Source: Octopus vulgaris (lineage: Eukaryota). From it: 64,000 nt of DNA. The notes below the pieces were generated by a model. The model was given only the letters and a program-made list of their open reading frames with translations, made no database searches and was not told where the DNA came from. The position numbers and the translations under genes were made by a program. Location of the stretch: NCBI GenBank assembly GCA_951406725.2, contig OX597834.1:32054001-32118000 (forward strand). Direction: 5' to 3'. The number at the start of each line of letters is the position of its first letter. Position 1 is the first letter of the stretch. Below, one piece after another: positions 26,601 to 39,013 of the stretch.

Positions 26601-29600
26601 ACGGAACAGCCTGCTTGTGAAATTAACGTGCAAGTGGCTGAGCACTCCACAGACACTTGTACCCTTAAAGTAGTTCTCAGAGAGATTCAGCGTGACACAG
26701 AGTGTGACAAGGCTGGCCCTTTGAAATACAGGTACAACAGAAACAGGAAGAAAGAGTGAGAGACAGTTTTGGTGAAAGAGTACAGCAGGGATTGCCACGC
26801 CCTCACCCCACTGCCGGAGGCCCGTGGAGCTTTAGGTGTTTTCGATCAATAAACATTCACAATGCTCAGTCTGGAAATCAAAACTGTGATCCTATGACCA
26901 CAAGTCCACTGCCCTAACCACTAGGCCATTGCACCTCCACATAGCATATACCAATCTGTTGAACAACTACAACACTATACACACTAGGCCTGCACACATA
27001 TACACACGTATGTATGTATGTATATATACATTCATACTTACATATACACACAAATACACGTGCATGTATACATACACGCATAAATGCATAGTCAGTAAAC
27101 TCCCAAGTTGGGTGGTCTCCATGTTTAATCTGTGAATATTGGTTTCTTTGAAGGACATGTATGGTATGACAGAGAGAGGTAATTACAAGAAGCAGTTCCA
27201 TTCGAACCTCAGCCAGGCTGTACAGAGAGGGCAGATCAGTAGCTACGAATATCACATGTATACATCACAGATGTCTGAGTCTCAGTTGACAGGCATTGAT
27301 GATGGAGTTTCTTGCACTAAAGGTAAAAAAAAAAAAACGAAAAGACCACAGATTTACTGTTTTCCCTTTTGCTCACATGTTGATTGTTGTTGTCTATATT
27401 ATACAGTACTGGATCAATTATATTGGTAAGCTTGGAACCAGAAATGTCCCAGATTTCTAGATTTTCTGGTTTTCTGGAGACAGTCTAAATCATCATCATT
27501 ATCATCGTTTAACGTCTGTTTTCCATGCTAGCACGGGTTGGACGGTTCGACCGGTGTCTGGGAAGCCAGGAGGCTGCGCCAGGCTCCAGTCTGATCTGGC
27601 AGTGTTTCTACAGCTGGATGCCCTTCCTAACGCCAACCACTCTGTGAGTGTAGTTGGGTGCTTTTTATGTGCCACCAGCACAGGAGCCAGAGGAGGCTGG
27701 CAAACAACTATGATCGGTTGGTGCTCTTTACATGTCACCGACACAGACGCCAGTCAGGCAGCGCTGACATAATATGATGTCTAATACAAAAGAGGCTAAC
27801 TGAGCTTATAGCCTGAATAGACTCCAATACAGTAGAAATGTTTAAATATATAATTAAAATATAAAATAAACTGTGAAAAGTAAAGAACTAAATTGCATTT
27901 AACAGATTCCAATTCATACATTTCTAAAGCAGGATTTGTTTGATATTCATTAATCCACCTAAAATTCGTAGAATCTATCAAACTGTCCCATGTAAACAGG
28001 ATAATGTTTATAAGATGAAATTTAAATGAAGAAAAAATATGATTTTACTTAACAGGTACAGGTACAAATTAATACGATTCTAAAAGAGAGTGTTTTAGTC
28101 TTTTTAATCTACTAAATTAACCAACTTCAAAAACAGGGTCTCTTTACTCAATACGGAGTACAGTATTTTGCACACTATTACCCAATGTTCGGGAATTCCG
28201 GATTTCTGGACGCCGGATAAGACGTCCGGTACTGTATCGTTGTTCTTGACTGTAATCTGTTGTGAGGTCTTCATTAGAAGTGGTAGATAACTCCTGTCAT
28301 CTTGTTACTCTGGATAACAGGAGTTACCTGCCACTCCTGTAGTATGTACTCAGCGAAGCTCTGAGTATATCCACGACCAAAGAATTTTGGATATAATCAA
28401 AGGGTCTCTCTCTCTTTCTCCCCCCCTCTCTCTCTCTTTCTCCCCCCTCTCTCTCTCTTTCTCCCCCTCTCTCTCTCTCTGAAATTGTGTGAAATATGGG
28501 AGTGGGGAGAATGTTTGCAAAGAGTTATGAGGAATGTGTGGGTTAATGTGTGTGTATCTAAGGTCTATGTTGCTGTATGTCAGTAAAACACAAGCAGCAA
28601 ATATAAAGGACTATATAAATTGTGTGTGTGTAATTAATTACTTGGGTATAACTTCTGACTCCTGCAGCAGTTATACCCATACTGTTAATCAATGTAGTTG
28701 TTTATATATCAAACTAGAACATTATACATGGTTATAAAAAATTTTAAATACATAATTTGTAATAAAATTCGAATTGCTATTGCGAAAGAAAATATGGCCA
28801 AAACGGATTTGGCAGGCAAAGTGTTATGCAAACAGATTTGATAAAAACAGTGGCACAGTGCTTAGATGTGCTCAATATTAAAAGGAAAAGGTGAATAGTA
28901 AGTAGTATGATGTAATAATGATTTAGATTTTGTTGTTTCTTGGCATGGTCATAATGCCAATAATAAATACACACACCGTTTCACTTTCACTTCGTTACTA
29001 TTATTCATCAATTGGTCAACTGCTTAACCAACTAATTAATCGATTGATTGATTAATCATAAAGTTAATCAACCAATCATTCATGGTTGTCAGAGTCCTTT
29101 CATTGCTGTTTGTGACCTCTTCGATGACATGCTTTCGCTACTCCAGGTCAGCATCAGATCTGTCTTTTAGTGTTAACATTTATATAAATCCCAGATCTTT
29201 TCGGTTTGAATGGCAGTTTTTAACATAATTTCTAGGTAACCAAAAAATTTTAAACTTCGTATACTGGTAGAATGTGTTTATAAAACATCTTTTTCTCTTG
29301 GCTTTATTGAGAAAATTCTATGGTTTGTAAGATATTTGTTGGTTTTTTTTCTTCAATTTCAACCAATCACTGACGTCTATTGAGGTAAAAACATTCTGTG
29401 CCGTATGAATATGTCCGTCGTTTAAGAAACAGATTGGGTTTATTTAAATTTGTGAAGAAAAAAAGATACCTTTCCCCCCACCCCTAACCCTAAAACAGAT
29501 TGAAATGCAATAGATCGATACTAGGGTCATAATTATGGGTGACAATTTCATATGACACCGCTAGAAAAAACTGCCGTTCAAACCGAAAAGATCCTAAATC

Positions 29601-32600
29601 CCTGTGATACGACAAAATTCATTTCCACCCACATGTTCACATCAAAACCCTTGTAAACCAAATACGAAAGCAAAATGTTTTACTTTATTGTTTTTTTGTT
29701 TTTTTTTGTAGGGATCATCGTAGCACTACGGGAATATTACAAGCAACACAGCAAAAACAAAGATGTTTGGTTATGCTCAGATGTTGACCACTACGGTGGT
29801 TCATTTGGAGATACTGGATGGGGATGCGGATACCGAAATCTGCAGATGATGCTTTCCAGCCTGGTCAAAGAGCCCGTTTATGAGAACTTGCTCTCCGATG
29901 ACTACAAATGTACCTACCTTGTTTTTACATTAATTTATTGTTATTGATATTGTTACAATTGTTGTTATTGTTATGGGAGTGAGCTGGTGAAATTGGTAAC
30001 ACTCTGGACAAAATGCTTAGCAGCATTTCATCCGTCTTTATGTTCTGAGTTCAAATTCCATGATGGTTGAATTTGCCTTTCATCCTTTTAGGGTCGGTGA
30101 AATAATACCAGTCAAGTACTGGGCTCAATGTAATCAACTTCCCCAACGCTTCAAAAACTGATGGCCCTATGCCAAAATTTCAAACTATTATTATTATTTT
30201 TAAGGCGACGAACTGGCAGAATTGTTAGCATGCCGGGTGAAATGCTTAGCAGTATTTCAACTGCTGTTACATTCTGAGTTCAAATTCCACCAAGGTCGAC
30301 TTTGCATTTCATCCTTTCGGGGTCGATTAAATAAGTACCATTTACGCACTGGAGTCAATATAATCGACTTAATCCGTTTGTCTGTCCTTGTTTGTCCTCT
30401 CTGTGTTTAGCCCCTTGTGGGTAGTAAAGAAATAGGTATTTCACCTGTTGTTACATTCTCAGCTCAAATTCCATTGAGGTTGACTTTGTCTTTCATCCTT
30501 TTGGAGTTGATAAAATAAGTACCAGTTGAACACTGGGGTCGATGTAATCGACTCGTTCCCTCCCCACCAAATGGCTGCCCTTGTGACAAAATTTGAAGCC
30601 ATTATTATTATTGTTATTATGGCGGTGAGCTGGCAGAATTGTTAGCATGCCAGATGAAATGCTTAGCAGTTTTTCACTCATCTTCACATTCTGAGTTCAA
30701 ATTCCTCTGCGGTTGACTTTACCTTGCATTATTTTGGAGTCAATAGAATGAGTACCAGTCGAGCACTGGGGTCGATGTAATTGACTTATCCCCTTCCCCA
30801 AAATGACTGCCCTTGTGGCCAAATTTGAAACCATTATTATTATTAGTAGTAGTAGTAGTATTGTTATTATTATTAGTATTATTATTATTAAGGCAGTGAG
30901 TTGGCAGGAGCATTAGCACACCAGACAAAATGCTTAGCAGCATTTCTTCTTGCTCTACGTTCTGAGTTCAAATTCCACTAAGGTCCACTTTGCCTTTTAT
31001 CCTTTTGGTGTCAATAAAATAAGTACCACTCAAGCACTGGGGTCGATGTAGCTGTCTCCTCCAAAATTGCTGGCCTTGTGCCTTTTGTAGAAAGATTCAT
31101 TATTATTATTGTTGCTGTTGTTGCAACAGTGTAACAAATTTCTTCAAACTTGCTTTCCTATGACTGCAGCTGGGCAATTTTTGTCTGTTATTCATATATT
31201 TTCATATTTAATACAATATATCCACACATATACACATATCATCCAGACATTTATATATTTATATAACTCTATATTTTTTGCTTGTTTCAGTCATCAGACT
31301 GCTGCCATGCTATGGCACCACCTTGAAGAATTCTTTTTAGTCAAAAGCGAATCGACTGCAGTTCTTTTTTTATATCGGTTGCTTCATTTATTACAACCTC
31401 ATGACTATTTCTGACATTTGCAGCAAAGAATGGTCTGGTGGCATCGATAAAACGGTTGCAACAGCTGATTGAAAGGGCTTGGCAGCATGGGTTTGACCAG
31501 CAAGGGGCTGAACAATTGGGCAATAAACTGGTGGACACAAGGAAATGGATTGGAGCCACAGAAATTGTTGCTATGCTGTCTTCATTGAAGTTCAAGTAAG
31601 TTAAATGGCTTCTACGTTTTTTTATCTTGTTCCAGTCATTGGAATTGGACAGTGGCCCTGCTGGAGCACCACCTTGGCATATTTGGTTGAACGAATCAAA
31701 AACGGTGCTTAACTTTGGTGTCTGGTGCCTATTCTTTCGCACTCTTTTGCCAAACTGCTATGCTGCAGGGATGTAAACAAACCAATATCAATTGTCAATT
31801 GGGGACAATCACACACACACACAGGAACACACAAACACAGGAACACATACAAACACACACACACACAGGAACACTCACACATACACGCACCAGAACGTGC
31901 ACACAAATTCATATGTACATACATGCAAACACAAATACACACACATACAGATATACTCACACACTCACATGCACATGTGTACAGACACACACATACACTC
32001 ACAAACACACACACACACACATGCATACAGACATAATGTATATTTGAACCGTTTCTGGTTTTCCCATGGACAGGTGCCGTTTGATAGACATCCATTCTCC
32101 AACTGGACAGCCAGAGACACACCCTAGAATGTTCCAATGGATTCGAGATTTCTTCAAAAGGAAGGATTACCACGAGTTTCGCTCCCCTCTCTACTTACAG
32201 TATCAAGGTAAGCTGTGCGTCACCTTCACCACCGACATCAACTCCACCTTATTGTCCATCCGTCTAAGTGGCAAGCCTGTATGTATGTCCATATGTTTAG
32301 GTATGTCCTGGGTATGACTTGAAGCTGCATCCAATTAGACCAGAAGTTTCAAGGTTTTGAGGAATGTGAAACCCCGTCTTAACTGCTATTGTGCCCAGGT
32401 CTACTCTGACCCAAAATAGTAGCAACTGTTAGGGGCCCAGCTATAGGGTAACTAGTATATCGACTAAGCCCTGCCTTGTCTTCCTTCCTTTGTCAGATCC
32501 AGAACGGCATCTGTTCTTGCATCTGGCAGCTGCCTTGGTCACACACCTTTTCTGTCTGATCGACATCCAGCTGCAAGTTTTGTGTTTTGCACTTCAATTA

Positions 32601-35600
32601 GCTACATAAGGACAAGAGCAAGGGGGCCGGCTGTGAAGGCACCTCACTACATACCATGGATGTGGCAACTTGTCCCTGACCCTAGTCATCCTGGATTTCC
32701 TTACCTCTGGACCAGTCACAGAGAAGTCAAGTTGTGCCTTTCTCATCACTGGAAACGAATCCGTACACGTCAATCCATTCAGTCTGTATGTCTGAGCATT
32801 AAACAGTATTTCTAAGCAGATGCGTAGAGGTTAGTGCAATGACAGGTATGTGAGACTGATTGGAAAGGGAGGGAAGGAGGAAGATGTCAGCAGGGCTGTG
32901 GAGACGAAACACAAAACTTCAACTCCGACTCCTGTACGATTGACACCTCTGACTCTGACTCCTCTTTATATAATTAAGTGATTGTGGTCTACATATCTCA
33001 TAAAGATTATGCATACACTTGTACTTTGAGTCAGCCTATATCTTATAACTGGTTTGTATTAAAGAAGAAAGATGTTGTGAGTGGGAGTCGGGGTTGGCAT
33101 AGTTTTTCCGACTCTAGTTACTCCTTGTTTCCAACTCTGACTTGGATGTAAGGGGGTTGTTGAGAGACTGATTAGCATAAGCAGAATGCAGGTTGGCATG
33201 GCTGTGTGGTAAGAAGTTTGCATGCCAACCATGTGGTTTTGGGTTCAGTCCTACTGAATGGCACAAGTTTAAAAAATTTTTTTTTTATTATTGCTCCCGG
33301 CCAACCATAACCTTGTGAGTGGATTTGGTAGAGAGAAACTGAAAGAAGCCCCTCCTGCTGCTACATCTTAGATGTAACCCTACGTTAAGGATCAGCAGTA
33401 TCTTTTCTCCCAACTACATAGGCAACTAAAACAATTTTTAAAAGTATGCTCCATGTTTGTAAGTCATGTTTGCTTGTGAATGTTTGAATCGAACCCATGA
33501 CATTTTGAGTGGTAGCCAAATACCCTAACCATTCAGCCACATTGATGGATTCAGGCTGCATCTGTTGGATGTGTGATGGGCGTCATAATTGTCTTGGGGT
33601 GTTGTAGGGTTTTGGAATTCTATGCATGTTTTCTAATATTATATCTCTTTTGTCTTTTTATTTTTAAAATTTTTAAAAAATTTCCTACTCGTTAAGGACT
33701 TGATGGGCTTAGTCACACAAACTGACCCCAGTACTTGTTTTAAGTCTGGTCCCTATTCCCTCAATCTCCTAGTGCTGGAGTGCTAAGCTGCAGAGACATA
33801 AACAAACCAACATGGGCTGTCAAGCAGTTGGTAGGAGACAAACACAACATAAATAAAATACGCATGCACACACACACACACGTATTCACACACACACACG
33901 CACATACACACGCATCCACGCACTCATACACACACATGTATATATACATACATACACGCATACATATACAGAAATATATGCCAGCCTCGCCTGGCACCTG
34001 TGCAGGTGGCACGTAAAAAGCACCCACTACACTCACGGAGTGGTTGGCGTTAGGAAGGGCATCCAGCTGTAGAAACATTGCCAGATTAGACTGGAGCCTG
34101 GTGCAGCCTTCTGGCTTCCCAGAACCCCGGTCGAACCGTCCAACCCATGCTAGCATGGAGAACGGACGTTAAACGATGATGATGATGATGATATGTATCC
34201 AGCATTAAAGGCAGTGCTCCAATGTGGCTGCAGTCAAATGACTGAAACAAATAAGACTACACACATACATACATGATGGTGGGCTTCTTTCAGTCTACCA
34301 CCAGAGGGCAAGGTACTTGCCTAAGGGGCCTTACAGTGGAACTAAACTGAAAACCATGTGGTTGCAAACCACTGTCACTACCCCACTTTTTTTGTTCATT
34401 GTTTTCTATTTTCTGAAGGTAATTCTCCTTGATCTCTATCTCCAGGTCATAGTCAGACAGTGATAGGGGTTGAGACTTCTCGACAGACAGGTGCCATTAC
34501 ATTATTGATATTGGACCCGGCCAGTAGTAAGTCCCACATGAAGAAACTCAAAGCCCAGACGACGCCAGCCTTGATGCAGCCCCTACGCAAATACTTAAGC
34601 AACATGACTAAAGACCAATACCAGATTGTCGCAGTCATTGGAACCCTCAGTGACCAAGAATGGCACGTTAGTAGATTTATTTGTTCTTGTTTTGTGAATG
34701 TGGGTATAAATCTGTGTGTGTGTGTATTTGCACGTATGCACACATTACAGGAATGGTTTCCCTGCAGCTGTGATACCAGTGCCGGTGGTATGTAAGAAAA
34801 CCATCCGAACGTGGCCGTTGCCAGCACCGCCCCGACTGGCCTTGTGCCGGTGGCATGTAAAAAGCACCATCCTATCGTGGCCATTTGCCAGCCTCGTCTG
34901 GCACCTGTGCCGGTGGCACGTAAAAGCAGCCACTACACTCACGGAGTGGTTGGCATTAGGAAGGGCATCCAGCCGTAGAAACAATGCCAGATCAGACTGG
35001 GCCTGGTGCAGCCTTCTGGCTTCTCAGACCCCAGTTGAACCGTCCAACCCATGCTAGCATGGAAAGCGGACGCTAAACGATAATGATGATGATTATGGTC
35101 AACTCCCAACCCAGGCCACAGCAACAAAGTCCAAACACCACACTTCTCAATCCATCATCATTGCTTCAATGTCCTGGATACATCCCAAGCCTGTGTCTGC
35201 AATCAAGTTGACAATGATTTCCTCATCTTTCATCACCATGAAGTAGGTTCCACAGGACTCATTGAGCTGTTTCCAGTTCATGGTGGCACATGCAGTGACC
35301 AGAGTGTTGCAGCTGTCTTCCCATTGAATTTTGTCAACTGACACTTTACTCTGCTAGTCCCCTGCTCTCTCAAGCTTAACCTTGAATTATAAAGCCTGTT
35401 TAACCCCAATAAGGCGGGGCGAGCTGGCAGAAACGTTAGCACGCCGGGCGAAATGCGTAGCTGTATTTCGTCTGTTGCTACGTTTTGAGTTCAAATTCCG
35501 CCGAGGTCGACTTTGCCTTTCTTCCCTTCGGGGTCGATAAATAAAGTACCAGTTTCGCACTGGGATCGATGTAATCGACTTAATCCCTTTGTCTGTCCCC

Positions 35601-36495
35601 TCTATGTTTTTCCCCTTATGGGTAGTAAAGAAATATATTTAACCCCAAGTGGTTGGCTGGAAGGAGCAGGTTCACATAACATTAGGGCATATGCACATAC
35701 TAATGGACCTGTGTGATACATTCCTCAGAGTCCCGCTTTCCTTGATAATATTTAAATATTCTTGCTTCATTCAAAGCTTAAATTTTTCCAAAGACTTGTC
35801 TCATTAGCTCTGTGTCTCTCTCTCACCCTCATTTGAGAAGATTGTCAGCCATAGAAACTCTACGTTAAAAGATGAAAATGGTTTAGCTTTGGGATCTTTT
35901 CGGTTTGAACAGCAGTTTTTTCTATAACAGCAGTTTTTTCATATAAAATTGTCACCCATAATTATGACCCTAGTATCGATCTATTGCATTTCAATCTGTT
36001 TTAGGGTTAGGGGTGGGGGGAAGGGTATCTTTTTTTTCTTCAGAAATGTAAATAAACCCAATCTGTTTCTTAAACGAGGGACATATTCATACGGCACAGA
36101 ATGCTTTCACCTCAATAGACGCCATTGACTGGTTGAAATTGCAGAAATTGAAGAAAAAAACAACAAATATCTTACAAACCATAGAATTTTCTCAATAAAG
36201 CCAAGAGAAAAAGATGTTTTATAAACACATTCTACCAGTATACGAAGTTTAAAAGTGTTTAGTTACATGGAAATTATTTAAAAAAAACTGCCGTTCAAAC
36301 CGAAAAGATCCTTAGCTTTGTTCTGAAGTAATTTCAGAAGTTAAAACCGCAATGGCCAAATTTGCTTCAGAGCAAAGCTAGTTAATTGTATTCAAACACG
36401 CGCTCCCCATAGTGGTTCTTGGTATTGCAAGGGAGATAATCATTTGCGTGTGTGCGTTTTATGTGTACAGAATTTAAGTAATTATCTGCATACAA

Positions 36496-36539
<44 letters not shown>

Positions 36540-37607
36540 TGTTCCGAATTTGGGTGAATGTGTATAGAATAATATATCAGTTGAATGAAGTTAAAACATA
36601 GTCTGGTTTTAACGTTTTTTATTATGGCATTTTAACAAAACCAGCGCTTTCAAACATACATAGTGTTCCCATCGGATTTCAAATGTGTTTAACTGACAGT
36701 TGAGTCCTTGACAACTTTGGTACCTCTTGGAATGCTCCAACCAACTGAATTTTTAGAATACCTTCTAAGAGGTACTAAAGTTGTCAAGGACTCAACTGTC
36801 AGTAAAACACATTTGAAATCCGATGGGTACACTATGTATGGAAAGCGCTGATTTTGTTAAAATACCGTAATAAAAAACGTTAAAACCAGACTGTTTTAAT
36901 TTTATTCAATTAATATATATATATATGTGTGTGTGTATATATATATGTGTGTGTGTATATATATATATGTGTGTGTGTATATATATATGTGTGTGTATAT
37001 GTATATATGTGTGTGTGTATATATATATATGTGTGTGTATATGTATATATGTGTGTGTATATGTATATATGTGTGTGTATATGTATATGTGTGTGTGTGT
37101 GTATATGTATATGTGTGTGTGTATATATATATGTGTGTGTGTATATATGTGTGTGTATATATGTGTGTGTATATATATATGTGTGTGTATATATATATAT
37201 GTGTGTATATATATATATGTGTATATATATATATGTGTGTGTATATGTATATATGTGTGTATATGTATATATGTGTGTGTATGTATATATGTGTGTGTGT
37301 ATATATACGTGTGTGTGTGTATATATATATGTGTGTGTGTATATATATATATATGTGTGTATATATATATATATACACACACACACACTTAGGTATATAC
37401 ACTCTGAATTTAAGTTTCTTTTGTTAAGTTTTCATTTCTTACGCTCACCTTCATTTCTTACGCTCACCTTTGTCTGCTAACGAAATTAATTACTGTGTAA
37501 CAAGTTCCGACTACAATTATGTTTAAATGAATACCTGTATACACTTTTTTTTTTATTATTCACTGTTGCAGGCTAGCAAGACTTTAAAATCCGAGAAACT
37601 CACTTGA
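22836..37607 (+). CDS. ZUP1: Zinc finger-containing ubiquitin peptidase 1 (ZUP1/ZUFSP, peptidase C78 family), ~604 aa
   Basis: Exons 22836-23646, 24350-24423, 27154-27322, 29712-29909, 31424-31595, 32074-32207, 34446-34666, 37572-37607 sum to 1815 nt with all phases consistent. Motifs: two C2H2 fingers, MIU-like DRLIAEMLQKEF, GWGCGYRNLQMMLSSL (catalytic Cys), AWQHGFDQQGA, KWIGATE, PLYLQYQGHSQTVIG (His), LLILDP (Asp). The start codon is inferred. Confidence 0.92.
24350..24423 (+). CDS. ZUP1: ZUP1 coding exon 2 (MIU-like helix)
   Basis: ACAG|AG...CAG|GTATGT; EQNDRLIAEMLQKEFDEEIEFRKLQ. Confidence 0.88.
24900..25268 (-). mobile_element. RTE (BovB-like) 5' UTR remnant
   Basis: Minus strand CACC-TCACCGT-GGTG...GAGCTATGCCG...AGGGCCACCCAAG resembles RTE/BovB 5' ends; GC-rich island within an AT-rich intron. 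Confidence 0.5.
27154..27322 (+). CDS. ZUP1: ZUP1 coding exon 3
   Basis: DMYGMTERGNYKKQFHSNL...GIDDGVSCTK; AAG| acceptor, G|GTAAAA donor. Confidence 0.9.
27404..28234. mobile_element. pogo/Tigger-like MITE interrupted by an RTE-tailed SINE (27495-27770)
   Basis: TA|CAGTACTGGA ... TCCGGTACTG|TA. Confidence 0.5.
29193..29594 (+). mobile_element. Non-autonomous Merlin-like MITE, copy 2
   Basis: Same TIRs and body; 8 bp TSD TAAATCCC (29185-29192 / 29595-29602). Confidence 0.85.
29712..29909 (+). CDS. ZUP1: ZUP1 coding exon 4 (catalytic Cys)
   Basis: GIIVALREYY...GDTGWGCGYRNLQMMLSSL; weak donor T|GTACCT fits the phase of the next exon. Confidence 0.9.
31424..31595 (+). CDS. ZUP1: ZUP1 coding exon 5
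   Basis: KNGLVASIKRLQQLIERAWQHGFDQQGAEQLGNKLVDTRKWIGATEIVAMLSSLKF; GCAG| and |GTAAGT. Confidence 0.92.
32074..32207 (+). CDS. ZUP1: ZUP1 coding exon 6
   Basis: CRLIDIHSPTGQPETHPRMFQWIRDFF...PLYLQYQ; ACAG| and |GTAAGC. Confidence 0.92.
34446..34666 (+). CDS. ZUP1: ZUP1 coding exon 7 (catalytic His and Asp)
   Basis: GHSQTVIGVE...LLILDP...QYQIVAVIGTLSDQEWH; CCAG| and |GTTAGT. Confidence 0.92.
35130..35390 (-). mobile_element. Degenerate RTE-type ORF2 C-terminal remnant
   Basis: VNLIADTGLGCIQDIEAMMMD*EVW resembles RTE C-termini (L..DTGL...M.DR..W). Confidence 0.4.
35892..36311 (-). mobile_element. Non-autonomous Merlin-like MITE, copy 3 (opposite orientation)
   Basis: Same TIRs, body reverse-complemented; TSD TTAGCTTTG (35883-35891 / 36312-36320). 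Confidence 0.85.
36572..36918. repeat. Fold-back inverted repeat, ~160 bp arms, between TA-rich microsatellites
   Basis: GTTGAGTCCTTGACAACTTTGGTACCTCTT vs AAGAGGTACTAAAGTTGTCAAGGACTCAAC; AGTCTGGTTTTAACGTTTTTT vs AAAAAACGTTAAAACCAGACT. Confidence 0.9.
36914..37388. repeat. Compound (TA)n/(TG)n microsatellite
   Basis: Direct inspection. Confidence 0.95.
37572..37607 (+). CDS. ZUP1: ZUP1 last coding exon
   Basis: TTGCAG|GCT; ASKTLKSEKLT-stop, resembling the ZUP1 C-terminus; AATAAA motifs follow near 37924 and 37935. Confidence 0.8.
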   Translation, partial: ASKTLKSEKLT

Positions 37608-38351
37608 AATTATACATTGACCATCACGACTACCACCACCACCAAAAACCACCACCACCTCCTCTAACACCAGCCAACACCAATGTCACTATGGCTAATA
37701 ACTGCTAAAACCACCACCACCACCACCGACCTCCAACACCTTGTTATTGTTTTTGTTATGTTTTCCTTATTATTATTATTATTATTGTTGTTGTTTGTTT
37801 GTTTGTTTTTGACAACTTCTGCCTCTGCACACCGAATCTACAACTTTCCACCTATTTGCCTTCTCTTCGATGTCCGTCACTCAACACAAATATAAAATGG
37901 ATGGAACGAACTTAACATAATGAAATAAAACTGAAATAAAACATATGGTTAATTTATTTTGTATCTCTATTTGCTGAACATTAGCGTCAGCAACCGTTCG
38001 TTCCAATGGAACTAATCACTGGTCTGGTTGACTGTTGTTTTCAATATATGCCGAAAGTTACAAGGGAGTGTCTGTAGCTCGGTGCAGAACAAATATCAAC
38101 AGGAGACTTCATAAAAAAAAAAAAAAATGGAAAAAGGAAAAAAACTAGTATATTATTTATATATAATTTTTGCATCTTGGTTTCTCGCTGATGTTTACAT
38201 CCATTGCATAAATATACATATGTATGTACAAATATATATATATGTGTATGTATATACATAGAAATAAATCATATGAACATATACGTGCATATGTATAAAT
38301 GCATGCATATGTGTATGTGTGTTTGTATATACATATATATATATATCTAGA

Positions 38352-38385
<34 letters not shown>

Positions 38386-38971
38386 CACACACGCACGCGT
38401 CTCTGTGTGTGTAAATATATATGTATGTATATGTATGCATGTACATTGGGCTTTCGCACTGTTCCCTTCTACCAAATTCCACATGCAAGACATTGGTAAA
38501 CTCCCAAAGGTTACATATGGTAGAAGACACTTGCCCAAGGTGCTGTGCAATGAGATTGAACCTAAACCTGTAATGATTGCAAAGAGAATTTTTTTAACCA
38601 AAACAGCCATGTCTGCACCCATTCCATTGTTTTTTTTTTGTTTTTTTTTTCTTTCTGACCCTCCCAACCTCTCCTTGTGCTAATTATTCTGTGATAAAAC
38701 CTGCAATTTACTTCTGAACAATACATTTTACATTTTACCACATGTATTCATATTGTTGTTGTTATTCTGAAAGTTTTTGTTTGTCTTTTTTTTGTTTTTG
38801 TTTCTTTTTTTCCCATTAAATGAATAAAAGTTTATTCTTTACTTAAAATTATTTCTCTTTACTTCATCGTTGGTTAAATAGCTAACCAATTAGTTCAATT
38901 TCACTTCATTATTTGCCAGTGGTGTGTTTATTAACATTGTACAAATAGGTGTCCTCACCTTTGTTGTTAGC

Positions 38972-39013
38972 ACAACGTCTTGGCTGATGTACTCTCCAGC
39001 CTTCATCAGGTGT
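38972..39013 (-). ncRNA. Degenerate minimal hammerhead motif downstream of a tRNA-like box
   Basis: ACAC-CTGATGA-A-GGCTG-GAGAGTACAT-CAGCC-AAGA-CG-TT-GTG; GAAA decayed to AAGA. Confidence 0.45.

Noticed and set aside
34775-34935. Repeated TGGCACGTAAAAAGCACC units with variable spacers, superficially CRISPR-like
   Set aside because: Internal module of SINE family B in a eukaryotic intron; the spacers recur between copies and no cas genes are present
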